A stretch of DNA of 64,000 nt from NCBI GenBank assembly GCA_963709345.1, contig CAVPVX010000011.1, forward strand, positions 276,886 through 340,885, given 5' to 3'. A model generated the notes under the pieces. The model saw nothing but the letters and a program-made list of their open reading frames with translations, ran no database searches and was not told where the DNA came from. Of this stretch, positions 9,389 through 20,417 are shown one piece after another; the stretch's first letter is position 1, and every line of letters begins with the position of its first letter. The stretch comes from an uncultured Actinomycetes bacterium. GTDB lineage: Bacteria > Actinomycetota > Thermoleophilia > UBA2241. Position numbers and translations under genes: made by a program.

Positions 9389-10588
9389 ATGATCCCTGAA
9401 GGCATGCGCGACGTGCTGCCGCCCGAGATGGGTCGCCTGCGCGCCGTCGAGACGGCGCTGTGCGGCCGCTTCGAGGCGTACGGGTACGGTGAGGTTCGCA
9501 CGCCCTGGCTCGAGTTCGCGAAGTCCTTCGCCGTCGTGGACGACGACACGCTGGCGGCGGGGTACCGGCTGCACGGCGAGCAGGGGCACGAGCTCATGGT
9601 GCGCACCGACATGACGGCGCCGGTCGCGCGTCTTGCGGCGGAGCGCTGTGACGACGAGCCGCTGCCGCTGCGCTTCTTCTACGTCGCGCCCTGCATCCGC
9701 CCTTGGGCGCCGCAGCGCGGGCAGGACGGCGAGTTCATGCAGGCGGGCGCCGAGCTCCTCGGTCTCGACTCGGCGGCCGCCGACGCCGAGTGCGTGACGC
9801 TGCTCTGCGACGCGCTCTCGTCGTTGGGTCTGCGCGAGTTCAAGATCACCCTCGGCAGCGTCGCCTTCCAGCGAGCGCTCATCGAGTCTCTCGGCCTCGA
9901 CCCGGCCGACCGCGAGGATCTCATCGAGGCGCTCGCCGACCGCGACTATCCGCTGGTCGAGAGCATCGCCGCCAACGCCGGGCTCGGGCACGACGCGCTC
10001 GGAGCCTTGTGGCGGACGCTCGAGCTCAGCGGCGTCGACGACAGCCTGGCGCAGGCGCGCAAGCTGGCGCGGAGCGACACGGCCGACGCGGCCATCGCGC
10101 GGCTCGTCGCGGTGCGCGACCTCGTCGGCGAGGCGGGGTTCGGCGCCGAGCTGGCCTTCGACTTCGGGCTCATGCACGACCTCACGTACTACTCCGGCCT
10201 CATCTTCGAGGCGTACGCTCCTCGTGTGGGGCTGCCGGTCGCGACCGGTGGCCGCTACGACCATCTCGTCCAGCGCTTCGGCTGGGACGTCCCCGGCGTG
10301 GGCTTCGCGATCGCCGTGGACCGGCTCGTCGACGCGCTGGACGAAGCCGGGCTGGCGCCGGTGGCGCCGCCGCCGGCGCTCGCCTTCGTCGGGGGTCTCG
10401 AGGAGCCGGCGCGGGCCGCCGAGCTTCGTCGCGCCGGTGTCGGTGTCCGCGCCCTGCCGGAGGGCGCGGCCGATCCGGCGCCGCCGCGGCTACGGCGGCG
10501 CGGCGGCAGCTACGAGCTCGAGCTGGCCGACGGGCGGACCGTCGGCGGGAGCTGGCGCGACGTTCGGCGCGCCTTGGGGTCGCAGTGA
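9389..10588 (+). CDS. hisZ: ATP phosphoribosyltransferase regulatory subunit HisZ (HisRS paralogue)
   Basis: 399 aa, MIPEGMRDVLPPEMGRLR...; class-II aaRS-like core. A GGGGGAGAGGG ribosome-binding site precedes the start. It is directly followed by a short-form hisG. Confidence 0.85.
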   Translation: MIPEGMRDVLPPEMGRLRAVETALCGRFEAYGYGEVRTPWLEFAKSFAVVDDDTLAAGYRLHGEQGHELMVRTDMTAPVARLAAERCDDEPLPLRFFYVAPCIRPWAPQRGQDGEFMQAGAELLGLDSAAADAECVTLLCDALSSLGLREFKITLGSVAFQRALIESLGLDPADREDLIEALADRDYPLVESIAANAGLGHDALGALWRTLELSGVDDSLAQARKLARSDTADAAIARLVAVRDLVGEAGFGAELAFDFGLMHDLTYYSGLIFEAYAPRVGLPVATGGRYDHLVQRFGWDVPGVGFAIAVDRLVDALDEAGLAPVAPPPALAFVGGLEEPARAAELRRAGVGVRALPEGAADPAPPRLRRRGGSYELELADGRTVGGSWRDVRRALGSQ

Positions 10589-11208
10589 GGATCGGCGTCG
10601 CCTGTGGCCCGGCGCCCCTGCCGGCCGAGCTTCTCGATCTGCTCGGGGCCGCCGGGCTGCCTGTAGCCCCACTGCGTGGCACGTTGCCGCCCGCGTTGCT
10701 CACGGCGGTCGACACGACGTGGCTCCTCGCGTCCGGCGCCGACGTGCTGCGCGCTTGCGACCGGGCGGCCGTCGACCTCGGCGTCGTGGGCAAGCTCGAA
10801 CTGCTCGAGTCGCGGCACGAGGTCAGCGAGCTTCTCGACCTCGGGTGCTGCCGCGACGCCTTGGTGTACGCGGCCCTCTTCGGCGCTGAGCCGGGCCGCG
10901 CGCTCCGCATCGCCACGAGTCACCCGGTAAGCGCACGCGGGTACTTCGCCGCAGCCGGCCGCCAGGTGGCGATAGTCGTGATGGACGAACCGGCGCTCGC
11001 GCTGGGGCTGGGTCTGGCCGACGGGGTCGTCGCGCTGCAGAGCCATCTCGCCGCTCCCGTGCCCGGGGCAGACGGCGCGCTCGAGATCCGCGACCAGGTC
11101 GCGGCATGCAGCGCGCGGCTCGTGGCCGGGCGCGCCGGTCGCGCCCTTCTCGGCGCACGCCTCGGCGACCTGCTCGAACGGCTGCGCGACGTGATGGAGG
11201 GCGCATGA
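10585..11208 (+). CDS. hisG: ATP phosphoribosyltransferase, short form
   Basis: GTG at 10585 overlaps the hisZ stop (GTGA). The product is about 207 aa with ...ELLDLGCCRDALVYAAL...RIATSHPVSARGYFAAAGRQVAIVVMD.... It shares a frame with the tool ORF 9703..11208. Confidence 0.8.
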   Translation: MRIGVACGPAPLPAELLDLLGAAGLPVAPLRGTLPPALLTAVDTTWLLASGADVLRACDRAAVDLGVVGKLELLESRHEVSELLDLGCCRDALVYAALFGAEPGRALRIATSHPVSARGYFAAAGRQVAIVVMDEPALALGLGLADGVVALQSHLAAPVPGADGALEIRDQVAACSARLVAGRAGRALLGARLGDLLERLRDVMEGA

Positions 11209-12464
11209 GGCGACTGAACTGGAACGACGACGTCGGGGAACTGGTGGCCGCGCTGCGCGCCCTGGCTCCGCCGCCCGACCAGGTGCGCGAGGCGGTCGAG
11301 GCGATCGTTGCCGACGTGCGCGCGCTCGGCGACGACGCGGTACGGGCGCACACCGCGCGCCTGGATCGCGTCGAGCTCCCCGCGGCGTACGGCGTCTCGC
11401 CGGGGGAGCTCACCGCGCGGCTCGACGCTCTCACCCCCGAGCTGCGCGCGGCGCTCGAGCTGGCGGCCGCCAACGTGCGCGCCTATCACGAGCGCGAGGC
11501 CGTGGTCTCCTGGCGCGAGACGCTGCCGCAGGGCCAGGTCGTCGGCCAGGAGATCGTGCCGCTCGCCGTCGCCGGGCTGTACGTGCCCGGTGGTCTCGCC
11601 GACTACCCCTCCTCCGTGCTCATGACGGCGATCCCCGCGCAGGTCGCCGGTGTGGAGCGCGTCGTCGTCTGCTCGCCGCCGCGCCCGGGCGGCGGCGCGG
11701 CCGCCGGCGTCGCCGCCGCGTGCGCGCTGCTCGGGATCGAGCATCTCTTCCCGATCGGCGGCGCGCAGGCCGTCGCCGCCATGGCGCTGGGCACGAGCGT
11801 CGTCCCGCGCTGCGACGTCATCGTCGGTCCCGGCAACGCGTACGTCACCGAAGCCAAGCGCCGGCTGGTCGGCGAGGTCGGCATCGACAGCCTCGCCGGC
11901 CCGAGCGAGGTCCTCATCATCGCCGACGAGAGCGGTGTGCCGGCCTGGCTGGCGGCCGATCTGCTCGCCCAGGCCGAGCACGGCTCGGGGGCTATGGCGT
12001 GCCTCGTCGACGTCGGCGGCACGCTCGCCGGCCCCGTTGCCGCCGAGTGCGAGCGTCTCTCGGGCGAACTCGGCATCGCCCTCGACAATGTCGTCATCGT
12101 CGCCTGTCCGGATCGCGCCGCCGCGCTCGCGTTCGGCAACGCCTTCGCGCCCGAGCACCTCGAGCTGCACTGCGCGGATGCGGCCGCTCTCGTCCCCGGC
12201 GTGCGCAACGCCGGCGCCGTCTTCGTGGGGCCGCATGCGGCGACGGCCTTCGCCGACTACGCCGCCGGCAGCAACCACGTGCTGCCCACCGGCGGCTCCG
12301 CCCGCTTCGCCCAGGGGCTCTCAACCGATGCTTTCCGCAAACGCATGGCTGTGGTAGAACTCGACGGTCCCGCCGCAGCCGCCCTCGCTCCGGCGGTGGC
12401 GGCGATCGCCGACGAAGAGGGCCTGCGCGCCCACGCGCGCTCGGCCCGACTCCACGCCCAGTGA
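11205..12464 (+). CDS. hisD: Histidinol dehydrogenase
   Basis: ATG at 11205 overlaps the hisG stop (ATGA). 419 aa; ...GGAQAVAAMALGT...SLAGPSEVLIIADE.... Confidence 0.9.
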   Translation: MRRLNWNDDVGELVAALRALAPPPDQVREAVEAIVADVRALGDDAVRAHTARLDRVELPAAYGVSPGELTARLDALTPELRAALELAAANVRAYHEREAVVSWRETLPQGQVVGQEIVPLAVAGLYVPGGLADYPSSVLMTAIPAQVAGVERVVVCSPPRPGGGAAAGVAAACALLGIEHLFPIGGAQAVAAMALGTSVVPRCDVIVGPGNAYVTEAKRRLVGEVGIDSLAGPSEVLIIADESGVPAWLAADLLAQAEHGSGAMACLVDVGGTLAGPVAAECERLSGELGIALDNVVIVACPDRAAALAFGNAFAPEHLELHCADAAALVPGVRNAGAVFVGPHAATAFADYAAGSNHVLPTGGSARFAQGLSTDAFRKRMAVVELDGPAAAALAPAVAAIADEEGLRAHARSARLHAQ

Positions 12465-12474
12465 GGAGCCGCAC

Positions 12475-13065
12475 ATGACCGCGCGTCGCGCAACGGTACA
12501 GCGCACCACCAGCGAGACCGACATCGCCCTGACCCTCGTGGTCGATGGATCCGGGGCGGCTGAGGCGAGCACCGGCATCGGCTTCCTCGACCATATGCTC
12601 GAGCTCTTCGCTCATCACGGCCGCTTCGACCTCAGCGTCAAGGCGAGCGGCGACCTCGACGTCGACGGCCACCACACCGTCGAAGACGTCGGTCTGGCGC
12701 TCGGAGAGGCGCTTCGCGAGGCGCTCGGCGACAAGCGCGGCATCCGTCGCTACGGGTCGTTCCTGCTGCCGATGGACGAGGCGCTCGCTCTGGTCGCGCT
12801 CGATCTCTCGGGCCGGCCGTTCTTCGCGCACGACCTGCAGCTTGCCGGCGTGCGCCTCGGCGCCTTCGACGCAGAGCTCACGGCTCACTTCCTGCGCTCG
12901 CTGGCGACGCAGAGCGGCATGACGCTGCACGTGCGCCTTCTCGCCGGCAGCGACGGCCACCACATCGTCGAGGCCGTCTTCAAGGCATTCGCGCGGGCGC
13001 TCTCCGAGGCGTGCGAGCGGCACGGGCGCGACGACGCGGTGCCGTCGACCAAGGGCACGCTCTGA
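12475..13065 (+). CDS. hisB: Imidazoleglycerol-phosphate dehydratase
   Basis: 196 aa; MTARRATVQRTTSETDIALTL...HHTVEDVGLALG..., the canonical IGPD sequence. A GAGGAG ribosome-binding site precedes the start. Confidence 0.92.
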   Translation: MTARRATVQRTTSETDIALTLVVDGSGAAEASTGIGFLDHMLELFAHHGRFDLSVKASGDLDVDGHHTVEDVGLALGEALREALGDKRGIRRYGSFLLPMDEALALVALDLSGRPFFAHDLQLAGVRLGAFDAELTAHFLRSLATQSGMTLHVRLLAGSDGHHIVEAVFKAFARALSEACERHGRDDAVPSTKGTL

Positions 13066-13070
13066 CGCTC

Positions 13071-13715
13071 GTGTCGCAGCCCGGGCCGCGCATCGCCGTG
13101 GTCGACTACGGCATGGGCAACCTGGCCAGCGTGGCGAAGGCGCTCGAACGCAGCGGCGCCGACGTGCGCGTCACGCAGAGCGTCGCCGCGGTGCGCGACG
13201 CCGCCGGCGTCGTGCTGCCTGGCGTCGGCGCCTTCCGTGACGCGGTCGCGCGTCTGGAGAACGGGGGGCTTGGAACCGCCGTCGTCGAGCGCATCGCCGC
13301 CGGCACGCCGTTCCTCGGCGTCTGCCTCGGGCTGCAGCTTCTCTTCGAGAGCAGCGGCGAGGGAGGCCGTCGTCCCGGCCTCGGCGTGCTCCCGGGCACC
13401 GTCGAGCGTCTGGAGACCGATCTCAAGGTGCCGCACATCGGCTGGAACGATCTCGAGTGGGGACCGGCCGGCGCGGGCATGGCCCGCTGGGTGCCGGCCC
13501 CCGCGACCGTCTACTTCGTGCATTCGTACGCGGCCGTCCCGGCCGATCCCGCGATCGTCGCCGCGACTACCGACTACGGCGGGACGGTCGTCGCGGCGGT
13601 GGCGCGGGACAACGTCTGGGCGGTACAGTTCCACCCGGAGAAGAGCTCGAGCGTCGGGCTGTCGCTGCTGGCCGCCTTCGTCGCCAACGTCCACCGGGAG
13701 GCGCACTCCTCATGA
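13071..13715 (+). CDS. hisH: Imidazole glycerol phosphate synthase, glutaminase subunit
   Basis: GTG at 13071 gives VSQPGPRIAVVDYGMGNLASV...; a class-I glutamine amidotransferase with an HPE motif near the C-terminus. Confidence 0.88.
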   Translation: MSQPGPRIAVVDYGMGNLASVAKALERSGADVRVTQSVAAVRDAAGVVLPGVGAFRDAVARLENGGLGTAVVERIAAGTPFLGVCLGLQLLFESSGEGGRRPGLGVLPGTVERLETDLKVPHIGWNDLEWGPAGAGMARWVPAPATVYFVHSYAAVPADPAIVAATTDYGGTVVAAVARDNVWAVQFHPEKSSSVGLSLLAAFVANVHREAHSS

Positions 13716-14437
13716 TCGTGTTCCCCGCCGTCGACATCCAGGCCGGCAAGGCTGTGCGGCTGCGACGCGGCGACTTCGACGACGTGACCGTGTTCAGCGA
13801 CGACCCCGTCGATCTGGCCAGGTACTGGCAGGACCAGGGCGCCGAGGCGCTCCACGTGATCGACCTCGACGCCGCCCGCACCGGCGAGCTGCAGAACATC
13901 GCCATCGTCGAGCGCATCGTCAAGGCGCTCGACATCCCCGTCCAGTACGGCGGCGGTGTCCGCGACGTCAAGGCTCTCGCCCTGACGGCGGGCATCGGCG
14001 TGCACTGGGTGATCATGGGTACGGCCGCGGTCACGTCCTTGGATCTGCTCGACGACGCCGTCAAGTGGCTGGGCGAGCGTCTCGTCGTCGGGCTCGATTG
14101 CACCGACGGCATGGTCGCCACACACGGCTGGCAGGAGCGGTCCCAGATGAGCGCCATCCGCTTCTCGAAGACCCTCGTCGAGCACGGCGTCGGGCGCGTC
14201 ATCTACACCGACACCGCCCGCGACGGCATGCTCGGTGGGCCCAACATCCCCGGGCTCAAGGATCTCGCGGAGGTCTCGCCGCTCGAGATCATCCTGGCCG
14301 GCGGCGTCGGCCTGCTCGACGACCTGCGCCGCCTCAAGCGCCTCGACGCGGCCACTGTGGTCGGCGTCATCGTCGGCATGGCGCTCTACGAGAAGTCCTT
14401 CACGCTCGCCGACGCCCAGACCGTCTTCGCCGGCTGA
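13712..14437 (+). CDS. hisA: ProFAR isomerase
   Basis: ATG at 13712 overlaps the hisH stop (ATGA). MIVFPAVDIQAGKAVRL..., a TIM barrel. Confidence 0.9.
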   Translation: MIVFPAVDIQAGKAVRLRRGDFDDVTVFSDDPVDLARYWQDQGAEALHVIDLDAARTGELQNIAIVERIVKALDIPVQYGGGVRDVKALALTAGIGVHWVIMGTAAVTSLDLLDDAVKWLGERLVVGLDCTDGMVATHGWQERSQMSAIRFSKTLVEHGVGRVIYTDTARDGMLGGPNIPGLKDLAEVSPLEIILAGGVGLLDDLRRLKRLDAATVVGVIVGMALYEKSFTLADAQTVFAG

Positions 14438-14449
14438 CGGCGGCCACCG

Positions 14450-15279
<830 letters not shown>

Positions 15280-15283
<4 letters not shown>

Positions 15284-15993
15284 AGGCGACGCGCCGCATC
15301 GACCTCACCGGCGCACACACCCCCGACGAGGGCGAGCTCGCCGATGCCGTCGCCGCCGCGCGTCTCGTGTGCTTTCCGACAGACACGGTGTATGGCATCG
15401 GCGGTCGCCTGACGCCGGCCGTTCGCGAGGCGGTGATCGCGGCGAAGGGGCGTGACGCGGGCAAGCCGCTCCAGGTGGTGTATGCGTCACTGGAGCTGCT
15501 CGAGGGGTCACTCGATCTGGAGCCCCGGGTCCTCGGCGCGGTGCGCCGCCTCCTGCCGGGGCCGTTCACGCTCCTGGTGCCGTACCCGCCGGGGCTGAGC
15601 TTACCGCCGGCGGGCGAGGTCTTGCCGGCGCCGGCTTCGCCGGCTTCGCTCGCCTCTCCGGCGGCACCCACGCGCACGCTGGGCGTGCGCGTGCCCAAGT
15701 GGCCGCCCGCCGCGCGGGCGCTCGCGCGCCTGCCCTTCGCCCTGCTCGCCTCGAGCGCCAATCCGAGCGGGGCCGCGGCGCCGCGCTCGGTCGCGGTGGT
15801 CGACCCGGGCATCCTCGCCGCCTGCGACCTCCTTCTCGACGCCGGACCGGTGAGCGGAATCGCGTCTACGGTGGTCGATCTCAGCCACTACGCCCTTGAC
15901 GGCCGTTGGCGCATCGTGCGCACGGGGGCCGTCGACGAAGAGGGTGTCGCCGGGCTTCTCGGCGGCGCCGGGGAGGAGCCGGAGTCATCATGA
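15280..15993 (+). CDS. tsaC: L-threonylcarbamoyladenylate synthase, YrdC-only type
   Basis: GTG at 15280 overlaps the hisF stop (GTGA). It carries the motif [14 protein letters not shown]. 237 aa with no Sua5 C-terminal domain. Confidence 0.8.
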
Positions 15994-16883
15994 GGACGCT
16001 GCCGTTCTACCAGGTCGACGTGTTCACCGACCGCCCGTTCGCCGGCAACCCGCTGGCCGTCTTTCCCGAGGCCCAAGGCCTCACTGCCGTGCAGATGCAG
16101 GCCATCGCCAGCGAGATGAACCTCTCCGAGACCACCTTCGTCCTGCCGCCGGAGGGCGACGGCGACGCGCGGGTGCGGATCTTCACGCCTGCCGTCGAGT
16201 TGCCGTTCGCCGGGCACCCCAGTGTGGGTACGGCATGCGAGCTCGTGCGCCTGCGGCTCGTCGACGTGTACCAGCCGGTGACGACCGTGGTGCTCGAGCT
16301 CGACGTGGGCCCCACCGTCGTCGAGGTGGCGGTGCGTGGCGGCGTTCCCGTCGCCGGCACGGTCCACCAGCGCGCACCCGTCTTCCACGCTCCGTCGCCG
16401 CGCGGCTCCGCCGCCGCCGCGCTCGGCCTCGACCTCGACGACCTGCACCCGGAGTTCGACCCCGTGCCGGTCGACACCGGCCTCTGCTACACGATCGTGC
16501 CGCTGGTCTCGCAGCGCGCGCTGGCGCGCGTCTCCATCAACCTCGAGCTGGCCGCCGACTTCGAGCGGCGCTACGCGGAGCTGTATCCCTGCGCGTTCAC
16601 GGGGCAGGCCGACCCGTGGATCGAGGCGCGCGGCCTGTTCCCCTTCGTAGGCATCACCGAGGACCCGGCCACCGGCAGCGCCGCGGGACCGCTGGCCGCG
16701 TACATGGCCCGGGCGGGCATGCTGCCGCCGGGCGAGGAGCGCGTCGTTCTGCAGGGACAGCACATCGGCCGGCCCAGCTTCCTCACCGTCTCAGTCTCGG
16801 GTACGCGGGAGCACATCGAGGACGTCCGCGTGGGCGGACGGGTGCACCCCGTGCTGAGGGGCGAGCTCTCGCTGCCGGACTGA
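15990..16883 (+). CDS. PhzF-family isomerase (phenazine biosynthesis-like protein)
   Basis: ATG at 15990 overlaps the tsaC stop (ATGA). [25 protein letters not shown]...ETTFV... is the PhzF/DAP-epimerase-like fold signature. Confidence 0.8.
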   Translation: MRTLPFYQVDVFTDRPFAGNPLAVFPEAQGLTAVQMQAIASEMNLSETTFVLPPEGDGDARVRIFTPAVELPFAGHPSVGTACELVRLRLVDVYQPVTTVVLELDVGPTVVEVAVRGGVPVAGTVHQRAPVFHAPSPRGSAAAALGLDLDDLHPEFDPVPVDTGLCYTIVPLVSQRALARVSINLELAADFERRYAELYPCAFTGQADPWIEARGLFPFVGITEDPATGSAAGPLAAYMARAGMLPPGEERVVLQGQHIGRPSFLTVSVSGTREHIEDVRVGGRVHPVLRGELSLPD

Positions 16884-17000
16884 TACAATCAGCGGCCTGT
16901 ACGAACAGGTCTCGGCGTCTCGCATCGGGCCGCGTCCCCGGGTGGCTTGCGACCCGTCGCGAGCGCACCCGCTCACTCCCCAGACCAGAAGGAGCATGTC

Positions 17001-17447
17001 ATGAAGATCGCCGCCGGCGCCGACCACGGAGGGTTCGCGCTCAAACAGGCTGTGGTGCGTCGCCTCCGCTCGCTGGGCCACGAGGTGATCGACGTGGGCA
17101 CCGACTCTGAGGAGACGTCCGTCGACTACCCTGACTTCGGCCACAAGGTCGCGACGATGGTCGCCTCCGGCGACGTCGACCGCGGTCTGCTGGTCTGCGG
17201 CACCGGCCTCGGCATGTGCATGTCGGCCAACCGCCACCCCGGCGTGCGTGCCGCGGACTGCTTCACGCCGTATCTCGCAGAGATGGCGCGCCGCCACAAC
17301 GACGCCAACGTGCTCTGCATGGGCGGTCGAATCCTCAGCGAGGACGAGGGCTGGGCCATCACCGAGGTGTGGTTGAACACGCCCTTCGAGGGAGGGCGCC
17401 ACGAGCACCGGGTGGCCGGCATCGAGCGGGGAGGCGGGTGCGCGTGA
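17001..17447 (+). CDS. rpiB: Ribose-5-phosphate isomerase B
   Basis: An AAGGAG ribosome-binding site at 16989-16994 precedes ATG 17001. MKIAAGADHGGFALKQAV...LVCGTGLGM.... Confidence 0.9.
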   Translation: MKIAAGADHGGFALKQAVVRRLRSLGHEVIDVGTDSEETSVDYPDFGHKVATMVASGDVDRGLLVCGTGLGMCMSANRHPGVRAADCFTPYLAEMARRHNDANVLCMGGRILSEDEGWAITEVWLNTPFEGGRHEHRVAGIERGGGCA

Positions 17448-18712
17448 GTCCCGTCGGTCGCGAGTGGCGCCGCGAGCCGCTCTACCACCTCGATCCCGAG
17501 CTCAACGAGCTCCTGCGGAGCGAGCTCATCCGCCAGCAGGAGACCCTCGAGCTGATCGCCAGCGAGAACTTCGCCAGCCGCGCCGTGCTCGAGGCCACGG
17601 GCTCGGTACTCACCAACAAGTACGCGGAGGGCACGCCGGGGGCGCGATACTACGGCGGGTGTGACGTCGTCGATCAGGTCGAGCGGCTCGCCATCGATCG
17701 CTGCAAGGAGGTGTTCGGCGCCGAGCACGTGAACGTGCAGCCCCACTCGGGCTCGTCGGCCAACCTGGCGGCGCTCTTCGCCTTGCTGGAGCAGGGCGAC
17801 ACGATGATGGCCATGGCGCTCGCCCACGGCGGCCACCTCACGCACGGCATGAGCATCAACTACTCCGGCCGGACCTACGACGTGGTGCCGTATCACGTGC
17901 GCTCCGACACCGAGCTCATCGACATGGACGAGGTGCGCGACCTCGCGCTGGCTCACCGCCCCAGGCTCATCATCTGCGGCTACAGCGCCTACCCGCGCAT
18001 CGTCGACTTCGCCGCTTTCCGCGAGATCGCCGACGAGTGCGGCGCCATGCTCCTCGCCGACATCGCCCACATCGCCGGGCTGATCGCCGCGGGGGTGCAC
18101 CCCAATCCGGTCCCGTACTGCGACGTGGTGACCAGCACCACGCACAAGACGCTGACGGGCCCGCGGGCCGGCCTCATCATGTGCCGCAAGGAATATGCGG
18201 AGGCTATCGATCGCGCCGTCTTCCCCGGCATGCAGGGCGGGCCGCTGATGCACGTGATCGCCGCCAAGGCCGTCTGCCTGCGCATCGCCCAGAGCGACGA
18301 GTTCCACCGCCTGCAGCGGCAGATCGTGAAGAACTGCGCCGTGCTCGCCGAGACGCTGGCCGAGGGCGGTCTGCGGCTCGTCTCCGGCGGCACCGACGTG
18401 CACCTGGCGCTGGTCGATCTGCGCAGCACGGGGATGAGCGGTCTCGAGTGTCAGGACCTCCTCGAGACGGTCAACATCACGGCCAACCGCAACGTCGTGC
18501 CCTTCGAAGACGCGTCGTTCAACGTCGCCAGCGGGCTGCGCGTCGGCTCGCCGGCGGTGAGCACCCGGGGCTTCATGGAGCCCGAGATGCGCCAGACCGG
18601 CGAGCTCATGCTCCGCGCCGTCTCCGCTCGCAAGAACGGCGCCGCTCTCGCGGAGATCCGCCACGAGGTCCTCGATCTGCTGGACCGCTTCCCGCTCTAC
18701 GAGTTCCTGTGA
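17444..18712 (+). CDS. glyA: Serine hydroxymethyltransferase
   Basis: GTG at 17444 overlaps the rpiB stop (GTGA). ...[25 protein letters not shown]... and the THKTL PLP-lysine motif are present. Confidence 0.92.
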   Translation: MSPVGREWRREPLYHLDPELNELLRSELIRQQETLELIASENFASRAVLEATGSVLTNKYAEGTPGARYYGGCDVVDQVERLAIDRCKEVFGAEHVNVQPHSGSSANLAALFALLEQGDTMMAMALAHGGHLTHGMSINYSGRTYDVVPYHVRSDTELIDMDEVRDLALAHRPRLIICGYSAYPRIVDFAAFREIADECGAMLLADIAHIAGLIAAGVHPNPVPYCDVVTSTTHKTLTGPRAGLIMCRKEYAEAIDRAVFPGMQGGPLMHVIAAKAVCLRIAQSDEFHRLQRQIVKNCAVLAETLAEGGLRLVSGGTDVHLALVDLRSTGMSGLECQDLLETVNITANRNVVPFEDASFNVASGLRVGSPAVSTRGFMEPEMRQTGELMLRAVSARKNGAALAEIRHEVLDLLDRFPLYEFL

Positions 18713-19206
18713 GCGGTCCTCCCGACAACGCCGCCGCGGCGCCGCAGGCGCGGCCGACCTGGGACGAGTACTTCCTGCAGCTCGCCAGGCAGGCCGCGAC
18801 CCGCTCGACCTGCCTGCGTCGCCGGGTGGGCGCCGTGCTGGTGCGCGACAGGCGCATCCTCGCGACCGGCTACAACGGCGCCCCGCGCGGCGTCTCCCAC
18901 TGTCTGGACGTCGGGTGTCTGCGTGACGAGCTCGGCATCCCCTCGGGGGAGCGTCACGAGCTCTGCCGCGCCATCCACGCCGAGCAGAACGCCGTCATCC
19001 AGGCGGCCATCCACGGCGTGGCCATCGAGGGTGCGACTCTGTACTGCACGCACCACCCGTGCATCCTCTGCGCCAAGATCCTCATCAACTGCGGCGTGCG
19101 CGAGATCCACTATCTCGAGGGCTACCCCGATGAGCTCTCCCGAGAGATGCTCAAGGAAGCCGAGGTCGTGCTCCACAAGGAGGAACTGCCATCGGCGGCC
19201 CACTGA
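18709..19206 (+). CDS. Deoxycytidylate (dCMP) deaminase, ComEB-like
   Basis: GTG at 18709 overlaps the glyA stop (GTGA). It carries the Zn-binding motifs HAEQNAV and [11 protein letters not shown]. Confidence 0.8.
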   Translation: MSGPPDNAAAAPQARPTWDEYFLQLARQAATRSTCLRRRVGAVLVRDRRILATGYNGAPRGVSHCLDVGCLRDELGIPSGERHELCRAIHAEQNAVIQAAIHGVAIEGATLYCTHHPCILCAKILINCGVREIHYLEGYPDELSREMLKEAEVVLHKEELPSAAH

Positions 19207-19256
19207 GCCTCTCGAGCCCGCTGCGCACGGCCATCCTCGGCTTTCTCATCGCCGCC

Positions 19257-20321
19257 TTGATCGTCTACGTGCTCACACCGCTGATGGGGCGTCTGGCGCA
19301 CCGCACCGGCGCCGTGGACACGCCCAGCGACGACCGGCGCATGCACGTGCTCGCGACGCCCCTGCTGGGCGGCCTCGGCATGTACCTCGGGTGGATGATC
19401 CCGGTCATGCTGCTGGTCGAGGTCGACCGCGCCGTGTGGGGGATCATAGGCGGTGCGACGATCGTCGTCGCCGTGGGCCTGTTCGACGATCTCTACGAGC
19501 TGGAGCCGATCGTCAAGTTCATCGGCCAGCTGCTCGCCATCGGCGTGGCCATCTACTTCGACACGAGCGTGACGCGCCTCGGGGTGCCCTTCACCGACGT
19601 CATGTGGCACCTGCCCGTCCTGTTGTCGATCTTCGTCACCGTGTTCTGGATGGCGATGATCATCAACATGGTGAACTTCATCGACGGCCTCGACGGGCTG
19701 GCCGCCGGCGTGTGCGGCATCTCCGCGCTCACGTTCTCCGTCATCTCTCTGCTCACCGGCTTCCCAGCCATGGGGGTGCTCTCCGCCGTGCTGGCCGGCG
19801 CGACCTTCGCCTTCCTGCGCTTCAACTTCCACCCGGCCAGCATCTTCATGGGCGATGCCGGCTCGATGCTGCTGGGGTTCGTGCTCGCCTGCATCAGCGT
19901 CCAGAGTGTGATGAAGGGCACTGCGGCCGTCGCGCTGGTGCTGCCGCTGCTCGTGCTCGGCGTCCCCTTCGTGGATCTCTTCCTCATCGTCTGGCGGCGC
20001 TGGCGCCGCGGGGTGCCGTTCTACTCGCCCGGCCAAGACCACGTGCACCACGATCTCGTGCTCGTGCACGGCTTCTCGCAGCGCAAGAGCGTGCTCCTGC
20101 TGTACGGGTGGTGCAGCTGCCTCAGCTGCCTCGCCATCGCCGCTCAGCAGCGCTACACGCCGGCGATCGTGTTCTTCGGCGTCGCGGCGGTCGTCTCGAC
20201 CACCTACATGGCCCGTCTGCTCAGCCGCTTCCGGTCGCGCCGCGAGGGCCTTCCCGACCCGCTTGCTCCAGGTGTCGGCCGCAACCCGTCCAAGGGTGGG
20301 AATGATGACCAGGCCGCCTAG
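19257..20321 (+). CDS. wecA: GT4 family UDP-GlcNAc:undecaprenyl-phosphate GlcNAc-1-phosphate transferase (WecA/Rfe-like); N-terminus probably extends to CTG 19203
   Basis: MraY/WecA signatures are present: ...DDLYEL...NMVNFIDGLDGLAAG...NFHPASIFMGDAGS.... The first in-frame canonical start is TTG 19257. The in-frame region from 19203 ([21 protein letters not shown]) encodes the expected first TM helix. Confidence 0.8.
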   Translation: MIVYVLTPLMGRLAHRTGAVDTPSDDRRMHVLATPLLGGLGMYLGWMIPVMLLVEVDRAVWGIIGGATIVVAVGLFDDLYELEPIVKFIGQLLAIGVAIYFDTSVTRLGVPFTDVMWHLPVLLSIFVTVFWMAMIINMVNFIDGLDGLAAGVCGISALTFSVISLLTGFPAMGVLSAVLAGATFAFLRFNFHPASIFMGDAGSMLLGFVLACISVQSVMKGTAAVALVLPLLVLGVPFVDLFLIVWRRWRRGVPFYSPGQDHVHHDLVLVHGFSQRKSVLLLYGWCSCLSCLAIAAQQRYTPAIVFFGVAAVVSTTYMARLLSRFRSRREGLPDPLAPGVGRNPSKGGNDDQAA

Positions 20322-20388
20322 AGCGACTGCGGCCAAGACAGGCCGCTTCGGCTGCCGCGCCGGTCGCAGGCGCTCGGTTGCCATCCTG

Positions 20389-20417
20389 TTGCAGGCCTCC
20401 GGCTCGGCAGGTATAGT
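20389..20417 (+). promoter_or_regulatory. Candidate sigma-A-type promoter for the atp operon (-35 TTGCAG, 17-nt spacer, -10 TATAGT)
   Basis: TTGCAG at 20389-20394 and TATAGT at 20412-20417 are separated by 17 nt. The -10 box abuts the annotated atpZ ATG, so the true atpZ start may be GTG 20487. Confidence 0.35.

Noticed and set aside
9703-11208. 501-aa plus ORF across hisZ and hisG
   Set aside because: Only its last roughly 207 codons (from GTG 10585) are hisG. The upstream part is an out-of-frame read-through of hisZ.
16884-17000. Possible internal promoter or terminator between phzF and rpiB (TACAAT right after the stop, small CCTGT-acga-ACAGG hairpin)
   Set aside because: The hairpin is too short and has no U-tract. 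The -35 would lie inside phzF. It is kept only as a note within the coupling finding.
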